The notes below the pieces were generated by a model. It searched no databases, was not told where the DNA came from, and saw nothing but the letters and a program-made list of their open reading frames with translations. DNA of 64,000 bases from Chrysemys picta bellii (lineage: Eukaryota): positions 27,962,001 through 28,026,000 of the forward strand of contig NC_088805.1 in NCBI RefSeq assembly GCF_011386835.1, written 5' to 3'. The position numbers were made by a program, and so were the translations under genes. Shown here in pieces: positions 59,501 to 64,000 of the stretch; the first letter of the stretch is position 1; each line of letters opens with the position of its first letter.

Positions 59501-62500
59501 ATAGAGGGGAATAATCACTTCCCTTGATCTGCTGGCAATGCTCCTACTAATGCAGCCCAATATGCTGTTAGCCTTCTTGGCAACAAGGGCACACTGCTGA
59601 CTCATATCCAGCTTGTCCACTGTAATCCCCAGGTCCTTTTCTGCAGAACTGCTGCTTAGCCAGTCGGTCCCCAGTCTGTACTGGTGCATGGGATTCTTCC
59701 ATCCTAACTGCAGGACTCTGCACTTGTCCTTGTTGAACCTCATCACATTTCTTTTGGTCCAAACTTCCAATTTGTCTAGGTCACTCTGGACCCTATCCCT
59801 ACCCTCCAGCATATCTCCCTCTCCCCCCAGCTTAATATCCGCGAACTTGCTGAGGGTGCAATCCATCCCATCATCCAGATCATTAATAAAGATGTTGAAC
59901 AAAACCGGCCCCAGGACCGACCCCTGGGGCACGCCTCTTGATACCAGCTGCCAACTAGACATCAAGCCATTGATCACTACCCGTTGAGCCCGACAATCTA
60001 GCCAGCTTTGTATCCACCTTATAGTCCATTCATCCAATCCATACTTTTTTAACTTCCTGGTAAGAATACTGTGGGAGACCATATCAAAAGCTTTGCTAAA
60101 GTTAAGATATATCATGTTCACTGCTTTCCCCATATCCACAGAGCCAGTTATCTCATCATAGAAGGCAATCAGGTTGGTCAGACATGACTTGCCCTTGATG
60201 AATCCATGTTGACTGTTCCTGTTCACCTTCCTCTCCTTCAAGTGCTTCAAAATGGTTTCCTTGAGGACCTGCTCCATGATTTTTCCAGGGATTGAGGTGA
60301 GGCTGACTGGTTTGTAGTTCCCCAGGTTCTCCTTCTTCCCTTTTTTAAAATATGGGCACTATATTTGCCTTTTTCAATCGTCTGGGACCTCTCCTGATTG
60401 CTATGAGTTTTCAAAGATAATGGCCAATGGCTCTGAAATCACACCAGCCAATTTCCTCGCCCCCAAGTTTGAGTGAAATTCTGCAGTTAGGTTAATGAAG
60501 CAAAGACCAATGTTTTCAACTGCATGAGCCTGAAGATAGGTACTTGCTTTTCTGAGGTAGCAAGCATCACAATTCTCATTGGATTAAAGGCTTAGCTTTA
60601 GCACCTAGGGTTGAAAATTCTGACCTTAGCTTTTAACTGACTCTTTTAATCTGACGTGCCATTAATGTGGCCCATCAGCTTCCTTGATCAACTGGGTGTA
60701 CTCAATAAGCAACAACCCTTCTGGCAGCTCCTCCCACCCAGGCACCTAGGCATGCCCCTTCCCACCAATTCTTCTCAGCTGGCTGGTCAGTTGCTGTGGC
60801 CTGTGACCAGCCAGCTGGTCCGGACTCTCTCTGGGGCCCTCTACTTGCCATAAAGTATCCTGTTCTTCTGCCTCTACCCTCTGGCCCTGGTTCCTCCCTG
60901 GCTACACATCCCCAAGGCCACTTCCACAGCTGCCACACACCTCTAGGGTGACCAGGTGTCCGATTTGATAGGGACCGTCCCGATTTTTCGGTCTTTTTCT
61001 TACATAGGCTCCTATTACCCCCCACCCCCGTCCCGATTTTTCACACTTGCTGTCTGGTCACTCCATCATCCTCTTCCCTCTGCCAGTCATATTCTTCCTC
61101 AGCTACTCAGAGAATCAGGAACAAAGGGGTTACAAAGCAATCCATTACAACCCGATTTAGATAGGATCTAGTAAGCTATCTTTGGGAAGACATTTTACTC
61201 AAGCCCAGGCTGGTAAAGGTATGTTATTACTTTAGAGTGTGGATATTTCAGATCCAATACCTGGTTCTCCTCTGCTTTTTCTTCTTGGAGTGGATTAGCA
61301 GCAGTGTCACCTTTTAAAGAAAAAAGCAAGATGTAAAAATCCTGCAACCTTATTATGAAACATAATAACAAACCAAAACCATGCAAGTTCTCTACCCTCT
61401 GGGATAACCTCATGTCCATATATTTCTAAATCAGTCAGTAGAAGCCATCAATAAAGTGACTTATGTTGATATATCTGACATTTAGCACTGGTATGTTATA
61501 CAGAAGTACTTTCAATATCATAAATTACATGTTCAAGTGATATACAAGCAGTAACTAACCTTTTCAAATTCCCTATGAGGCAAATATTCTCTCCATTTTA
61601 CAGATGGAGAAACCAAAGCAGAAACTGTAAGTGACTTGGAAAAAGGTAGAGGGAGTCCACAAAAAATCTGGGACTTGAACTCACAAGGATCCTGGCTCCC
61701 AGTCCTGTGCTAAAACCAGGACTGATTTCTTTTCCTGGTGTGACAGAACAGGTTTCCAGGAGTCATAATAGACTTAATTAAGAAATGCTCTTTTGCACAG
61801 GAAAAATATACCATTTATAGGGATAGGAATTTTAAATGGATTCACACAGATATTTCAGGACAAATTCATCATTGAGGTAAGTGGGAGCAACTAGTGACAT
61901 CAATAATGTTACCAGATTTTAAGATTTTAATTTAGTCCCATTTCCTTCATTCAAAGTCTTACACTTGATTATTGAACAATGGTAAAGCCATCACAGTAGA
62001 GGAAGTTCGACATATTAAGATCTCTGCTAATGGTCTAGTTTACAGTACGCAATATTGATCGGTTAACAGCAAAGGTACGAAAATGCTCAAGTCGCCCCGA
62101 GTGGGAGCACTGATACAGTACATGGACAGTCTGTGTGTTACCTGAGGAGCTAGTGATAGAAGAAGGCTGTTTCTTGTTCTCTTTGAGTTTCTGCTCCAGG
62201 TTCTTCACCTTTTGCTCAAGTTTCAACTTATCGGACTCCAGTGACTGAACTACTGACTGCAAGGTTTTTGCAGAGGCATTTTCTCCACGGAGCACTGTGA
62301 TCTGCAATAATTAATTGGGAGTGCTTAGGCAGTTTGGAGTAAAACCAAAAGCAATGAGGGAATGTTATTATAGTAGAATAAATGCTAGATTACCACCAAA
62401 AAGATAAGCCAGTAAACATATGACAAACACAAAAAACAATGTTTAAAGCCTACTTTGATTTGAAAAAAAGTAAAGACAGAAATAGCAACAAGCTCTTCAA

Positions 62501-62904
62501 AAGTGAGTGTTCAAAGCAGGATTTTATATCCCTATTTAGACACCTACGTAAACAAGTGGCCTAATTTTCAGAGGTGCTGAGAGCACCCACAACTCCTAAG
62601 GAAGCCAATGGATGCTGAACGCCTCTGAATATCAGCCACCTATTTGGACACCGAAGGAATGATTTAGAAGCTCAACTTTAGGGAGCAGTTTTGGAAAAAT
62701 CTGGATGTTCCAGAATTCATTAATAAAACGTTTTAAAGAAGCCAATGACACCTTACAGTTTGACTACTATGGTTCTAAAAAGATACCTCATTTCTGAGTT
62801 TTTCCAGTTCTTCATCTTTCTCTGTGATCAAGGCACTAGTAACACTGATGGATTTCTGTAAAGAAGCTCTCTCTTCATCTATTTCTTTTTTTAATACGGA
62901 TTCT
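56366..62904 (-). CDS. CLIP1: CLIP1 (CLIP-170), last five coding exons; the gene continues beyond the window end
   Basis: complement(join(56366..56588,57392..57513,61261..61310,62142..62301,62787..62904)) is in phase. It encodes the coiled-coil end, two CCHC zinc knuckles and C-terminal DDETF. Confidence 0.95.
57392..57513 (-). CDS. CLIP1: CLIP1 exon ([40 protein letters not shown])
   Basis: 122 nt, AG/GT bounded. Confidence 0.95.
57740..58070 (+). mobile_element. LF-SINE relic in a CLIP1 intron
   Basis: ggtgggtctcagcccagcttccagtggataagtgaccacattgcagaac, gggaagcctccact and tgctgtatctgttc.gtgg align with the LF-SINE body. Confidence 0.6.
58972..60452 (-). mobile_element. 5'-truncated CR1 LINE (about 1.5 kb) with RT domain and intact 3' tail
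   Basis: ORF 59261-60277 has [33 protein letters not shown] and FAD.KL. The 3' end is ...TTCTATGATTCTATG. It is frameshifted and has lost FADD. Confidence 0.95.
60944..61072 (+). mobile_element. Short hAT-type MITE
   Basis: Termini tagggtgaccag / ctggtcact with repeated gtcccgattt subterminal motifs. Confidence 0.75.
61261..61310 (-). CDS. CLIP1: CLIP1 50-nt exon ([17 protein letters not shown])
   Basis: Acceptor tttctttaaaag, donor gtattg; phase 1 to phase 0. Confidence 0.9.
62142..62301 (-). CDS. CLIP1: CLIP1 exon ([53 protein letters not shown])
   Basis: 160 nt, AG/GT bounded. Confidence 0.95.
62787..62904 (-). CDS. CLIP1: CLIP1 exon ([39 protein letters not shown])
   Basis: 118 nt, AG/GT bounded. 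Confidence 0.95.
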
Positions 62905-64000
62905 CTAAAAGAAAGTTAAAGAGTTCCAGAAATCATCTGAAGAGTTGTTCAGTTAACATTGCTTAAATCAACCAAGAAAATTAGGTTTCATAGTTAATTT
63001 AAAATATTAGACTATCATTAGAAAATTTTCTTAAAAGCATGTTCCGGTTCGATATTTCTCTGAGATTTTATATTTGCAAAATCATTTTGGATTTTACTAC
63101 TGTGGAAACAAAGTAAAAAGTTTACCTACGTAGATACATGCCAGAATCTGCATATCATCGCATCCATTTGAATTTAAAGAAAAAAGTTAATAGATTGGGA
63201 AGATATAGAATCAAAAAAAGGGTTGCACAGAATGATCCACAAAAACCTAACTTCAGAGTTGTGTTATTTCTTGGAATAACTATTAACAAGCAACAAAAAG
63301 TACATGCAAAGCTCATTATACAATTGTCATGCAAAGCATGGATGATGGTGGAAATATCAGCTGGTCCTCACTTATTTCAGTAATGTCATGTTCTCCATAG
63401 AGATATATTTTGAGAACTATTGGGCCTTAACAATAGCTACTGTCTTAGCAGAAGTCCATTCAGAATTTGTTCTTTTACTACACGGAAGTAGACTTTTTAA
63501 ACCCCAACATGCACAGTTCATAAATGAGTAGGCTGTCTGAAAAACACTCCATTCCTATTTGTTTTCATGCGTTGAGTAAATGACTTAAAAAGTAGTCCAA
63601 TGGGTTAACAGGTGGTGCAAAATGATACCACCGGGGCACTATATTTAACATTAACCCCACAGTGGTGAGGTCTCAGAGCATCACCGATTGAGCATGTGGA
63701 TTGAGCATTGAGGAAATAGTTTATCTTCTCAATAGCAAGGGAAAAGAGTGCCAATAATAGCAGACCAGAACAGGAATAACATCCCAAAATGTTAAGGGAT
63801 ATGATAAAGTCTTGTATCTTAATATTCATAAGTGTCCCAATGAGTTCATGTACCCACATAATGAGAACTTGTGCTCTGAGGGCTACTGCTGCAAAAATAC
63901 CTTTTAGTTTTGAAAGTCACAGAGTTGCATGACCAACCATGATTTTAAAAACTGAGTGCTCAGAGTTAAGACTCTTACACCCAACATTTAAGCACCTAGA

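Noticed and set aside
1-64000. CRISPR arrays, prokaryotic operons, rRNA genes, U12-type introns, IL31
   Set aside because: The sequence is eukaryotic with no repeat-spacer array and no rRNA similarity. All identified introns have ordinary GT-AG (U2-type) ends. I saw no IL31-like exons; in human that gene lies further upstream within LRRC43.

Overview
Vertebrate genomic DNA, most likely from a cryptodiran turtle. The evidence for this is tortoise-type tRNA-derived SINEs sharing a tail with CR1, Neptune/Penelope-like tails, and abundant hAT/Harbinger/Tigger MITEs. The window covers a gene block syntenic with human 12q24.31: the 3' end of LRRC43 (+), B3GNT4 (+, single coding exon), DIABLO/Smac (-, 6 coding exons, 242 aa), VPS33A (-, 13 coding exons, 601 aa) and the last five exons of CLIP1 (-). 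I read all exon boundaries from the sequence and they join in phase. The most notable item is absent from the ORF track because it is under 60 aa: a 44-codon ORF on the minus strand (26929-27063) in the VPS33A-DIABLO interval, MQESFAVHFLKVLKELLAFVLFSYTVLIGALLLAGWTTYFLVLK. It has a strong Kozak context, coding-like codon usage, a strong upstream splice acceptor and a candidate promoter and first exon, which is what a separate transmembrane microprotein gene would look like. Other points are a three-site CLEAR/M-box cluster at the VPS33A start, two Penelope-like insertions with target-site duplications and hammerhead-like motifs, three LF-SINE relics, a hAT element nested in a SINE, and a fold-back Harbinger composite. 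Gene and repeat names come from recalled homology, not from database searches.
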